The notes under the pieces: model-generated | The model's input: only the letters and a program-made list of their open reading frames with translations | The model's database searches: none | What the model was told of the DNA's origin: nothing | Position numbers and translations under genes: made by a program | In this document: positions 8,101 to 15,091 of the stretch, one piece after another | Numbering within the stretch: the first letter of the stretch is position 1 | Layout of the letters: every line of letters starts with the position of its first letter | From: Verrucomicrobiota bacterium | GTDB lineage: Bacteria > Verrucomicrobiota > Verrucomicrobiia > Chthoniobacterales > UBA6821 | Assembly (NCBI GenBank): GCA_008932965.1 | Contig: WBXG01000036.1 | Location: forward strand, 1 to 17,593 | Reading direction: 5' to 3' | Length of the DNA: 17,593 nucleotides

Positions 8101-8216
8101 AAAGAGAGTAACTCCCAGTCAGCAGCATCTAATCCGATAAAAAGAATTGGTGACATAAAAAGAAGAGGTGTTTTTATATGATTGCGAAGAAATTTTCTAT
8201 CTTCTATATTCACCAC
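5097..8216 (-). CDS. tri-domain protein: alkaline-phosphatase-superfamily (type I phosphodiesterase/nucleotide pyrophosphatase-like) domain + TPR repeats + C-terminal sulfotransferase domain
   Basis: 1039-aa ORF. The N-terminus LFIGLDAADWELL...GKLPHL...SPALWATIGTGKHSYEHGI and IASDHGF are typical of AP-superfamily phosphodiesterases. The middle is helical and TPR-like. The C-terminus has GLPRSGTSL (5'-PAPS-binding loop) and IIWMRRSLQEVITS (3'-phosphate-binding motif) of sulfotransferases. The GTG at 8216 is the maximal start. The ATG at 8156 (MSPILFIGLD...) is probably the real one. Repeat copy D is in frame within the TPR region. Confidence 0.75.
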   Translation of the reverse strand: MVNIEDRKFLRNHIKTPLLFMSPILFIGLDAADWELLSLKIAAGKLPHLSKMVTHGVSGPLRSISPLFSPALWATIGTGKHSYEHGITGFTYADHSGMGLRPYDRTSRRSPAIWNMFSHYKKTSTIVGWWTTAPAEKIRGAMIDETFRIAHHPSHEPWSIPPKSVSPWSLSKIIAQDRVHPQQLSEALLRFLVPKLYEIDPTTDFRVAAIAKILAEDLTTLQVTLHLMRRKRQDLTSLYLVGLDSLSHLAMCYREPALPGEKPRDCELYGEVVDRAYELYDRWIGELVEAAGEESTIVIASDHGFYHDARRPSSLGIQETAPTHQHAPIGTLIMKGTQIRQGAAIHHATILDLCPTLLAIAGLPIGRDMPGKVLLKSFSKKPIIKKISSWDGFWKAPWSPSTPSPESTEAALRQLVSLGYLQEIPFNKQAAIQEAHCNEIFHLALSFLHDDRLDQAIPLLEQARSAARKAGQALLRTDILEELATAYLLVGERRRAATCFYHIARYRRRDAKQALRQFWEKADSSTNKTISFQEAWEIRHLMARATLDEEKINFIATSARFLAHSKSEDLELLLTYAHAHPEDSAAQFNAGLFALGRIFHTDHLPSSENQMDAALDSHFDMDSMHSYCPASKYVSALTRSLPLLSSFQGCLKEVFGSPPAVSRPPVVPHQPSQLPRHDQYEISGLAYRTEKKGVALLRNVAKVRHEEADALAFLAIYYNKKKKPLEAEECAREAILRNPLHRFSWLALATSLSHQGRWSAAWKAAQEASKSFLYRSDAFRLLAHIALDGKNNPSQALQYHCESEKAKINLQSALGFHSSPIKKISSLQKKSSLRISPKLSTKLSPKRSSRLSSNQGPIIVTGLPRSGTSLMMQMLAAGGIAINTDYHRCPDEHNPNGYFEHEKVKTMSQEAFFLKAGRATKVVIPLALNLPAQNHYRIIWMRRSLQEVITSQHRMAGSIATVDQLYNVYRHYEITMAEHIDHANWPLLCLEYSSVVQDPHQAARSIAHFLKRELPIDTMAAAVIPSLYRVNPDTQALYL
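6161..6434 (+). mobile_element. palindromic MITE-like element, copy D (long form, 270 bp TA to TA), inside the tri-domain enzyme CDS
   Basis: TIRs are ctaacccggatatttcatactgatc (6161-6185) and gatcggtatgaaatatccggcctag (6410-6434). The TA dinucleotides are at 6162-6163 and 6432-6433. The ends align with copies A, B, C and E. It carries about 90 bp of extra internal sequence compared with B and C. Confidence 0.9.
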
Positions 8217-8230
8217 GCCAATGAAATAGT

Positions 8231-9364
8231 ATGCACGTAATTTCTTTTCTTGAACACCTTTGGTTAGAAAATTCTCATATAAAATTGGGCTGTGTTGATG
8301 TCTTTGAAGCAGGTAAAGGATATCTTTTTGCGGACAAACAGTTCGATAAGCTCAAAGAATGGGATCTCTCCATTCCCTTTGAAAAGGTTTCTAAAGTAGA
8401 ACCGATGTTCAAACCGATGCGTTATTCCGAGCATGGGCCTAAAGGAAAAGTGCTCATTTATAACGGTGTCGGAGGTATGGGTGACCAAATTATGACATGG
8501 CCATTAGCAAAAATTCTTGCTGATCGGGGCTATGAAGTACACATCCTCTCAGAACACCATTTAGCAATGTTTTGGTATGGCTTTCCATGGATTAAATCAA
8601 TTCTAATTTTACCCTGCTACTGGTCTGTGCTCGAGAACTTCGACTACCATCTTAATTTAGAATATATTTCCAATGGCTATGCACATAGTGATCAGATGCA
8701 ACCAATCGATCTTATGCTTCAACTATGTGGGATTGATCCTGAATCGATTCCAGATGAAGAGAAGCGTCTTGCCCCTCGATTTACGAAAATGGAAATGGGA
8801 ATTTCCCAGACTCTCTACTCTAACAGGCGTTTAGGTTTTTACCAAATCGCGTGCTCTCAACAAATACGTTCCTTGCCTCCTGAACTGAGTCGCCGTGTTT
8901 TTAAAGCGCTTGCAGAGGCTTTTCCTAATATTTACTGGATCGGTCTCTATGGACCTCTAGAATCCTCCGAATATTGGCTTAACCCTCTGGGACCATCCAA
9001 TGCTGAATTTCGTTCCTTTGAGCGGCCTCGGCTGATGTGGTCAATGATTCAACGAGCAGAGATTTGTGTTGCCCCCGACTCGATGCTTGTTCATATGGCA
9101 GGTGTTTTAGATAAGCCTTGTGTTGGTTTGTGGGGGCCCTATGGACCAGAATCACGTGTAAAATATTATCCCAACCATTATCCGATTCATCACAAAGCAG
9201 TATGCCCTCTGTCGCCGTGTCATTGGAATGCTGTTCAAATGCCACATATCTGTCCTCCAACAGAAAAACCATTAGATCGATGCCAAGTAATGCTTCAAAT
9301 AACCCCTGAAGAAGTTGTTGAGGCAGTGCGTCAGCTTGTTCCATCTTTGGAAACAATGAAGTAA
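8231..9364 (+). CDS. glycosyltransferase family 9 (heptosyltransferase-like)
   Basis: 377-aa ORF. KVLIYNGVGGMGDQIMTWPLAKILADRGYEVHIL resembles the GT9 N-terminal (I/L)GD motif region. APDSMLVHMAGVLDKPCVGLWGPYGPE resembles the GT9 nucleotide-sugar-binding motif (NDSGxxHLAAAxGxPxVxLFGPT). The Cys-containing tail ...CQVMLQITPEEVVEAV is also GT9-like. The start is uncertain; in-frame Met codons at 8405 and 8417 are alternatives. Confidence 0.75.
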   Translation: MHVISFLEHLWLENSHIKLGCVDVFEAGKGYLFADKQFDKLKEWDLSIPFEKVSKVEPMFKPMRYSEHGPKGKVLIYNGVGGMGDQIMTWPLAKILADRGYEVHILSEHHLAMFWYGFPWIKSILILPCYWSVLENFDYHLNLEYISNGYAHSDQMQPIDLMLQLCGIDPESIPDEEKRLAPRFTKMEMGISQTLYSNRRLGFYQIACSQQIRSLPPELSRRVFKALAEAFPNIYWIGLYGPLESSEYWLNPLGPSNAEFRSFERPRLMWSMIQRAEICVAPDSMLVHMAGVLDKPCVGLWGPYGPESRVKYYPNHYPIHHKAVCPLSPCHWNAVQMPHICPPTEKPLDRCQVMLQITPEEVVEAVRQLVPSLETMK

Positions 9365-9470
9365 AAGAAAGTTTTGACAACGCTTACCGTTGTGATCAAT
9401 AAAATGTGATGTATTGCAGTTAAATTTTTTTCTCAGGTGATTCCAACCTAAAACCAAATCGTGATTTGCG

Positions 9471-9905
9471 ATGAATATAAAAAACCAACCTACTGCTCAG
9501 CAAGACATCACTATTTCTAGTCGACAGCTCGAGTCTCTTTATGCACTTGGCTTTGAGCTTTATGGTGCAGGAGAATTTGAAAAAGCTGCGGATCTATTTC
9601 GACTCCTATGCTTGTACGACCCAGAAAAGTCACGCAATTGGATTGCTCTTGGTGGAGCTAATCAACAGAGGGGAGAATATCAGTTAGCCATTGCTGCTTT
9701 TGTGATGGCCTCGTTTCAGGAACCCCTGAGTCCTGAACCAAGATTATATGCAGCTCATTCCTTTATTGATCTTATGGATTTGTCTGCAGCGTTGGAGGCC
9801 ACCAAACAGGCATTAGAACTTTGTGAAAAGCGAGATGATAAAAAAGAAGTCCAATCCCGAGCCGCTTCCTTATTACAAGCACTTGAGTCTTATACCCAAA
9901 AGTAA
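9471..9905 (+). CDS. type III secretion class II chaperone, LcrH/SycD/CesD family (TPR)
   Basis: 144 aa. LESLYALGFELYGAGEFEKAADLFRLLCLYDPEKSRNWIALGGANQQRGEYQLAIAAFVMAS...PEPRLYAAHSF matches, position by position, the Yersinia SycD sequence as I remember it (LEQLYSLAFNQYQSGKYEDAHKVFQALCVLDHYDSRFFLGLGACRQAMGQYDLAIHSY...PRFPFHAAEC). Size and TPR layout also fit. Confidence 0.75.
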   Translation: MNIKNQPTAQQDITISSRQLESLYALGFELYGAGEFEKAADLFRLLCLYDPEKSRNWIALGGANQQRGEYQLAIAAFVMASFQEPLSPEPRLYAAHSFIDLMDLSAALEATKQALELCEKRDDKKEVQSRAASLLQALESYTQK

Positions 9906-9923
9906 AATCACTGAAATACTACT

Positions 9924-10880
9924 ATGAGCAATGCATCACCTGTTCCTTCCGGACAATCACCTAGTCCTGCACCATTATCTACTCCTGATGTAAATGATAG
10001 ACAACAGCAGCTCTCTGGCCAGGATGTCTTAAGTGATCAGAAAGCGCCAGAATCTGTCTCAAAAAAACCAAATCTTACTCAGATTTCGAATGTCCCTGGA
10101 TCATTAAATGATGTCTATAACAGCTCTATAACTCATCTACCAGACCCCTCGTTAACACTGAGTGGAGAAGATATTATAAGTTTATCAGTATGGAGCAACG
10201 ATTCTCTTAATAGTGATGGAACTCAAGCAGCTAACAACACTGCTGCATCTGGTATCCTGGCAATTCAAGAGGTATGTCTTCAAAATCAGAAGCGTATAGA
10301 AGTTAACTATAATGACCCTGGGGCGACTCATCAAGATGTAACCCCTCAATTTCAGCAAAAAATAGGTGCTCAGAAAAAAGGTGTTACCCTGCCTTCTGTT
10401 CCTCCAACAGCCAATAGTCCGCTTCCAGGTCATCAACTATTGAAATTACTAAATAACTATATTTCTCAGAAAAGCTCTGGGACTCTTTCCATCTCTACAT
10501 TTAGCTCCTCACAAATAATCAGTAGTGAACTATACTTAGATCTACTAATAGGAGAGTCTAATAATCAGTCTTCGCTTAATAGCCTCAACGTTCAAACAGC
10601 AAGTCAAAGGCATGTTAGTTCAAAGAGGATGCTAGATTCGGAAGGTAGCATGAAAAGTGCTGTTTCTGAGCATTCTAAAACTGATAGCAGAGGAGCTGCA
10701 AAACAGATTGAATCATCCTCCTTTTCTACTACTCAATCTTTGAAACGAGGTTCTGCTGCTGGCTCTCCAGCTACTACTTCAGTAAACCCAATAAACGTTT
10801 CACAAGCTTTAAAAAAAGGCTTTGGAACTCTTTCAATAGTAACGGCTCAACTTCGCCCCAAGCCCTTAGGGCCTACCTAG
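9924..10880 (+). CDS. Ser/Thr/Asn/Gln-rich low-complexity protein; candidate type III secretion substrate
   Basis: 318-aa ORF starting 19 bp after the chaperone gene on the same strand. The N-terminus is Ser/Pro-rich and looks disordered (MSNASPVPSGQSPSPAPLSTPD...). I see no obvious transmembrane helix and no recognisable catalytic motif. Confidence 0.55.
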   Translation: MSNASPVPSGQSPSPAPLSTPDVNDRQQQLSGQDVLSDQKAPESVSKKPNLTQISNVPGSLNDVYNSSITHLPDPSLTLSGEDIISLSVWSNDSLNSDGTQAANNTAASGILAIQEVCLQNQKRIEVNYNDPGATHQDVTPQFQQKIGAQKKGVTLPSVPPTANSPLPGHQLLKLLNNYISQKSSGTLSISTFSSSQIISSELYLDLLIGESNNQSSLNSLNVQTASQRHVSSKRMLDSEGSMKSAVSEHSKTDSRGAAKQIESSSFSTTQSLKRGSAAGSPATTSVNPINVSQALKKGFGTLSIVTAQLRPKPLGPT

Positions 10881-10926
10881 AAATTGAAAAATTCATTTCT
10901 TTAATAGGAGAGAAAAAAGAGATGCC

Positions 10927-10962
10927 TAGCCCGGATACTTGTAGTAGCCCGGATACTTGTAA
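10927..10962 (+). repeat. tandem duplication of an 18-nt unit resembling the element terminus
   Basis: tagcccggatacttgtag (10927-10944) is followed directly by tagcccggatacttgtaa (10945-10962), 17/18 identical. The first 14 nt match the family terminus tagcccgaatattt at 12/14. Confidence 0.6.
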
Positions 10963-11152
10963 ATGTCATTTTATAACTCATGAAAGCCCCTTGTGATCGT
11001 GCCTAGAAGGAAATAATGTTTTTTCAAGTTCGGAATTTAAGATGAAGTTCGAGTAATAAACACAACACTGTTTTTTATCTTTCTTAGTTTTTTGTTGCTC
11101 TTATGAGCAATCTATGGAATGTTCATCGCCTCACTTTTATTTTTTATCTTTC

Positions 11153-11470
11153 ATGTCTTACGCAATTATTAAAACAGGTGGCAAACAGTACCGTGTTACC
11201 GAGGGTGATATCCTTGATGTTGAAAAACTCGATATTGAGCCAGGACAGTCGACCACCTTTAGTGATGTTCTTATGGTTGCTGATGGAAGTAATGTAACCT
11301 TTGGTTCTCCTTTTATTGCCAGTGCTTCTGTGCAAGCTGAGGTTGTCGATCAATGGAAAGGTGAAAAAGTCATTGCTTTTAAATTTCGACGTCGTAAGGG
11401 ATATCATCGAACAGTGGGCCATCGTCGTCGTCTCACTAAACTCAAAATTACTTCGATTTTGAGTAAATAA
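11153..11470 (+). CDS. rplU: 50S ribosomal protein L21
   Basis: MSYAIIKTGGKQYRVTEGDILDVEKL... and ...FKFRRRKGYHRTVGHRRRLTKLKI are canonical L21 sequence. The ORF-track start at 11114 adds 13 unlikely residues, so I chose the ATG at 11153. Confidence 0.9.
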   Translation: MSYAIIKTGGKQYRVTEGDILDVEKLDIEPGQSTTFSDVLMVADGSNVTFGSPFIASASVQAEVVDQWKGEKVIAFKFRRRKGYHRTVGHRRRLTKLKITSILSK

Positions 11471-11509
11471 TTAACTCTCTTTTCAATTTAGTTAACTTCA
11501 ACTTATTTT

Positions 11510-11761
11510 ATGGCTCATAAGAAAGGTCAAGGAAGCGTCAAAAATGGACGCGATAGTCAAAGCAAACGACTCGGTGTAAAAAAGTTTGGTGGTGAATCTG
11601 TCATTGCTGGTAATATCATTATTCGCCAACGTGGTACTAAGTTTCTTCCAGGTCGCAATGTTGGTCTAGGGCGTGATTACACCATTTTTTCACTAGTTGA
11701 TGGTAAAGTCCTCTTTGATCGTGCAGGTCGACGCGTTAATGTAGAGCCCGTTTTAGTATAG
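11510..11761 (+). CDS. rpmA: 50S ribosomal protein L27
   Basis: [29 protein letters not shown]...[32 protein letters not shown] is canonical L27 sequence. It starts 39 bp downstream of rplU. Confidence 0.95.
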   Translation: MAHKKGQGSVKNGRDSQSKRLGVKKFGGESVIAGNIIIRQRGTKFLPGRNVGLGRDYTIFSLVDGKVLFDRAGRRVNVEPVLV

Positions 11762-11899
11762 TTGTACGACCCAACCGTTCGATTGTTACCTTACTGTTCA
11801 GAGGTAAGAAAGCACTCAAAAGAGTTCTTTTTTTGAAGACTCATTTTGCTTTTTGACTTTAGATGGCTATCCCATGCTGATCTCGCTGTTTGTATAGTC

Positions 11900-12198
11900 T
11901 TTTACACGAATATTCCATGCTCCATCTATTACATATTATGGAAAGCTCTATGGCTACTGCGTTGTTCTTGAATTGTAATTTGGAGAGGGCACTTCACATA
12001 CAACCTGGCGTCAAACTTCTCATCTGCATTAACTCGCTCGCACCCACTCGTCTCACCCTTACAGGGCTTCCTAAGAGGCTTCCTAAAAGTCTTACTAAGG
12101 GGCAGTCTCTCCCCCCCCCGCGGTTTCCCGACCGACGGTGGTACCCCATTTGATTCCGCAGCCTCTTCGTCACGATCAGTATGAAATATGCGGGTTAA
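11900..12198 (-). mobile_element. palindromic MITE-like element, copy E (long form, intergenic, one end decayed)
   Basis: Its reverse complement aligns along copy D, from ttaacccgcatatttcatactgatcgtgacgaagaggctg... through ...gggtgcgagcgagttaatgcag. The intact terminus is at 12174-12198. The other end (about 11899-11922, cttttacacgaatattccatgctc) is degenerate. It contains a C9 run at 12111-12119. Confidence 0.75.
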
Positions 12199-12257
12199 AT
12201 TGAAAAGGGTAGGTAACAAGCCTCCCTTTTGCCCTACGATTCCACACAACTATACCC

Positions 12258-12869
12258 TTGAAGCAAGTTACTCCACTTAAGCTCGCTATCTTAGGTTCAG
12301 GCAAGGGCTCTAATGCACGAGCCCTCATTGAAGCATCGAAGCAATCCAAGCTGTACTATGAAACCGTTCTTCTCATTACGGATATTCCCCATGCTGGGAT
12401 ATTAAGGTTAGGTGAGGAATTTCAAATCCCTGCTTATTTTTTTAGCCCAGGTCCATTTAAAACCAAATTTGCACCGGAGCGTGAACAGGAGCTTGTCACC
12501 CTTCTTCGCGAAGCCAAGGTCGATTTTATCGCTCTAGCAGGATTCATGAGAGTGATTAAGGAACCCCTTCTTGCTGCATTTCCAAAACGTATTTTAAATA
12601 TTCACCCTTCGCTCTTGCCGCATTTTCCAGGACGAGAAGCATGGGAGCAAGCCATCGATGCAGGAGCTCGTGAAAGTGGTTGTACGGTTCACCTGGTGGA
12701 TCACGGTATTGACACTGGGGAGATTTTAGGACAGGAATCTGTACCTATTTTTCAAAATGACACAGCTAATACTCTTCATCTCCGGATTCAAGAGGCTGAA
12801 CACAGGCTCTATCCTTGTATTGTGAATACTGTTGCAAAAACGCTTTTACAAAAAAAGAGTCATTATTAA
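12258..12869 (+). CDS. purN: phosphoribosylglycinamide formyltransferase
   Basis: LAILGSGKGSNARALIEA, ALAGFMRVI, NIHPSLLPHFPG and GCTVHLVDHGIDTGEILGQ are the PurN formyltransferase motifs. The start is TTG at 12258. Confidence 0.9.
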   Translation: MKQVTPLKLAILGSGKGSNARALIEASKQSKLYYETVLLITDIPHAGILRLGEEFQIPAYFFSPGPFKTKFAPEREQELVTLLREAKVDFIALAGFMRVIKEPLLAAFPKRILNIHPSLLPHFPGREAWEQAIDAGARESGCTVHLVDHGIDTGEILGQESVPIFQNDTANTLHLRIQEAEHRLYPCIVNTVAKTLLQKKSHY

Positions 12870-12920
12870 AACTCAATCCCAAAGTTGAGAATGGTAATTT
12901 TAGAATTTTAAACCTATTTC

Positions 12921-14915
12921 ATGTCTCGTTTTCGTCTTTTTGATCTCAACCCTGAGCAATACCGCGCTGCAACTCATCCCGAAGGAGCACTACTCATTCT
13001 AGCTGGAGCAGGAACAGGTAAGACCCGTGTTCTCACGGCACGAATCGCCTGGCTTGTATCCCAAGGAGTTGATCCTAGCTCGATCTTGGCAGTAACCTTT
13101 ACGAATAAAGCAGCGCGAGAAATGAGGGAACGAATCACTACGATTCTTGGAGCTGAAAAAACAAAGGCCATGACCCTTTCTACGTTTCATTCCCTCTGCG
13201 TTCGCCTCTTGAGGCGTGATGCCCCCCTTCTAGGATACAAAGAAAACTTTAGTATCATGGATGAATCAGACCAAATGGGATTGATTAAAAAAATAGCCGG
13301 TCGCATTCATGATTCTCAAGATCCGATCAATCCTGAGGGCGCACGCGCCATGATCAGCAAGGTTAAAAATCTTTCTGCATCAACAAGCACCATGTCAACA
13401 GCAGTAGAGAGCCTTTTTACTCGGTATCAACAAGAGCTACGGTCACTTAATACAATGGATTTTGATGATTTGTTGCTTTATGCCCGTGAACTGCTTGTGG
13501 ACCATGAAGCGGTACGCCTCTTTTGGCAACAGCAGTACCGCTACATTCTCATTGATGAATTCCAAGATACGAATAAGCTTCAGCTCGATTTCATGAGCCA
13601 ATTGGTTGGTAAGCAGATGAATCTTTGTGTTGTTGGAGATGATGATCAAAGTATCTACGGGTGGCGAGGTGCTCAACGTTCTAATCTACTTGAATTGGAA
13701 CGTTATTTTTCTAATCCCGAAATCATTAAACTCGAGCAAAACTACCGTAGTACGCATCTTATTCTTTCGGCTGCCAATCGACTGATTCAACACAATGCCC
13801 ATCGCTACGAGAAAAATTTGTGGAGTGATCAAAAAGAGGGAGATCCTATCCGACTCCTAAGTAGCGCTGATGATATGACTGAGGCAGAATTTATAGCTGA
13901 TGAAATAAAGGCCCTCGGTTCTGAGAAATGGGATCACAGTGCCATCCTCTATCGTATGAATGCACAATCACGCATCTTTGAAACCATGCTGCGAGAAAGA
14001 AAGATTCCTTATCGTGTCGTGGGTGGAAAAAGTTTTTTTGACCGTCGTGAAATACGTGATGTCATGGCTTATCTCACCGCCCTGCTCAATCCTGATGATG
14101 ACAATGCACTCTTAAGAGTTTTGGCTGCTCCTCCACGTGGTATTGGAAAGGTAACATTACAACTTTTACTTGAAACTTCCATTAAACAAAAATCTTCTTT
14201 CTCCTCAGTGATCCTAGATCCAGAGCAACGTCATGATTGCTCGACAAAAACTGCTGAAGCTATCGTACGCTTTGCTGAGGATTGGGGTGCCTACCAAATT
14301 CGTTTACAAACACCGGGCCAGGATCCTGCAATGTTACTCGATGAAATATTGAAAGAATGTGGCTACAACGAAGATTTAAGAAAATCATGTAAAACACCAG
14401 AAGAGGCAGATCAACGAGAAACTAATGTTCGAGAGTTGCTCGAAAGCATGGGTGACTTCTGTCAGAAAAACCGCCGCAATGGAGCTCAACAATTTCTCGA
14501 TACTATGTCACTAGAGAGAGAAAAAGCTGAAGAGAAAGAAGAGCGTCATGGAGTGACTTTGATTACCTTGCATGCTGCTAAGGGACTAGAATATGAATTT
14601 GTCTACCTCGTTGGACTCGAAGATGGACTGCTTCCTCATGAACGCTCTAAAGAGGAAGGAAATATCGAAGAAGAGCGACGACTCTGTTATGTCGGTATGA
14701 CACGAGCCAAAAAAAAATTAACGATGACTTATTGTCGTACGCGAAAAAAATATGGAACGATTCTCTCCTGTACACCGAGCCCCTTTCTTTTGGAATGTGC
14801 TGGTGAGGGTGTCGAAGAGACAAGTATCGAAGAAATTTTAACCCGCCCCTTAGAAGAAGCCGATGTTAATGATGCCTTTGCCTCGATGCGAGCATTGTTA
14901 AACCTAGAAGAATAA
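12921..14915 (+). CDS. UvrD/PcrA/Rep-family ATP-dependent DNA helicase (SF1)
   Basis: 664 aa. Motifs: AGAGTGKTRVLTARIA (Walker A), ILIDEFQDTN, VGDDDQSIYGWRGA, LEQNYRS, ITLHAAKGLEYEFVYLVG, EEERRLCYVGMTRAKKKL. Confidence 0.9.
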   Translation: MSRFRLFDLNPEQYRAATHPEGALLILAGAGTGKTRVLTARIAWLVSQGVDPSSILAVTFTNKAAREMRERITTILGAEKTKAMTLSTFHSLCVRLLRRDAPLLGYKENFSIMDESDQMGLIKKIAGRIHDSQDPINPEGARAMISKVKNLSASTSTMSTAVESLFTRYQQELRSLNTMDFDDLLLYARELLVDHEAVRLFWQQQYRYILIDEFQDTNKLQLDFMSQLVGKQMNLCVVGDDDQSIYGWRGAQRSNLLELERYFSNPEIIKLEQNYRSTHLILSAANRLIQHNAHRYEKNLWSDQKEGDPIRLLSSADDMTEAEFIADEIKALGSEKWDHSAILYRMNAQSRIFETMLRERKIPYRVVGGKSFFDRREIRDVMAYLTALLNPDDDNALLRVLAAPPRGIGKVTLQLLLETSIKQKSSFSSVILDPEQRHDCSTKTAEAIVRFAEDWGAYQIRLQTPGQDPAMLLDEILKECGYNEDLRKSCKTPEEADQRETNVRELLESMGDFCQKNRRNGAQQFLDTMSLEREKAEEKEERHGVTLITLHAAKGLEYEFVYLVGLEDGLLPHERSKEEGNIEEERRLCYVGMTRAKKKLTMTYCRTRKKYGTILSCTPSPFLLECAGEGVEETSIEEILTRPLEEADVNDAFASMRALLNLEE

Positions 14916-15012
14916 AGAAGATATCCAGAGATAGAGCATGTTCCAAAGTGAACCAGTGTTAAAACTAGATTTTTAGCTCTTCCGGGATCTGTTGCAACTA
15001 CACAAAAAGTAA

Positions 15013-15033
15013 CGGGTGATCGGTATGAAATAG
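15013..15033 (+). repeat. short remnant of the element terminus
   Basis: gggtgatcggtatgaaata matches the right end of copy D (aggtgatcggtatgaaata, 6406-6424) at 18 of 19 positions. The flanking sequence does not align with the element. Confidence 0.45.
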
Positions 15034-15091
15034 GAGAGATCCATGATATTTTTTGTTTTATGTTGGTGAGCCTTCTCATACTGTGAGTCCT

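Noticed and set aside
9374-9403. Sigma70-like promoter upstream of the chaperone gene (TTGACA at 9374-9379, 18-nt spacer, AATAAA at 9398-9403)
   Set aside because: The -35 is perfect, but the -10 matches TATAAT at only 4 of 6 positions and the region is AT-rich. Without TSS data I cannot support it as a feature.
6704-9457. Antisense or embedded ORFs 6704..6925, 7473..7898, 8264..8488, 8979..9380, 9118..9309 and 9272..9457
   Set aside because: They overlap well-supported CDSs (the tri-domain enzyme and GT9) on the opposite strand or in another frame. Their composition is low-complexity and unlike real proteins.
10927-10962. Possible CRISPR or other array, from the direct 18-nt repeat
   Set aside because: There are only two units, they are directly adjacent with no spacer, and there are no cas genes. 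The unit resembles the MITE terminus, so I classed it as a repeat remnant.
11786-11834. Candidate rho-independent terminator after rpmA (ttacc...ggtaa stem, later T7 run)
   Set aside because: The stem is only 5 bp with a 12-nt loop, and it is separated from the T-run by about 20 nt. The second stem (actc/gagt) is 4 bp. This is too weak to call.
11890-12249. ORFs 11890..12153 (+) and 11929..12249 (-) between rpmA and purN
   Set aside because: Both are translations of repeat copy E (LTRIFHTD... on the minus strand). The element family is intrinsically poor in stop codons, and neither ORF has a recognisable protein or a convincing start context.
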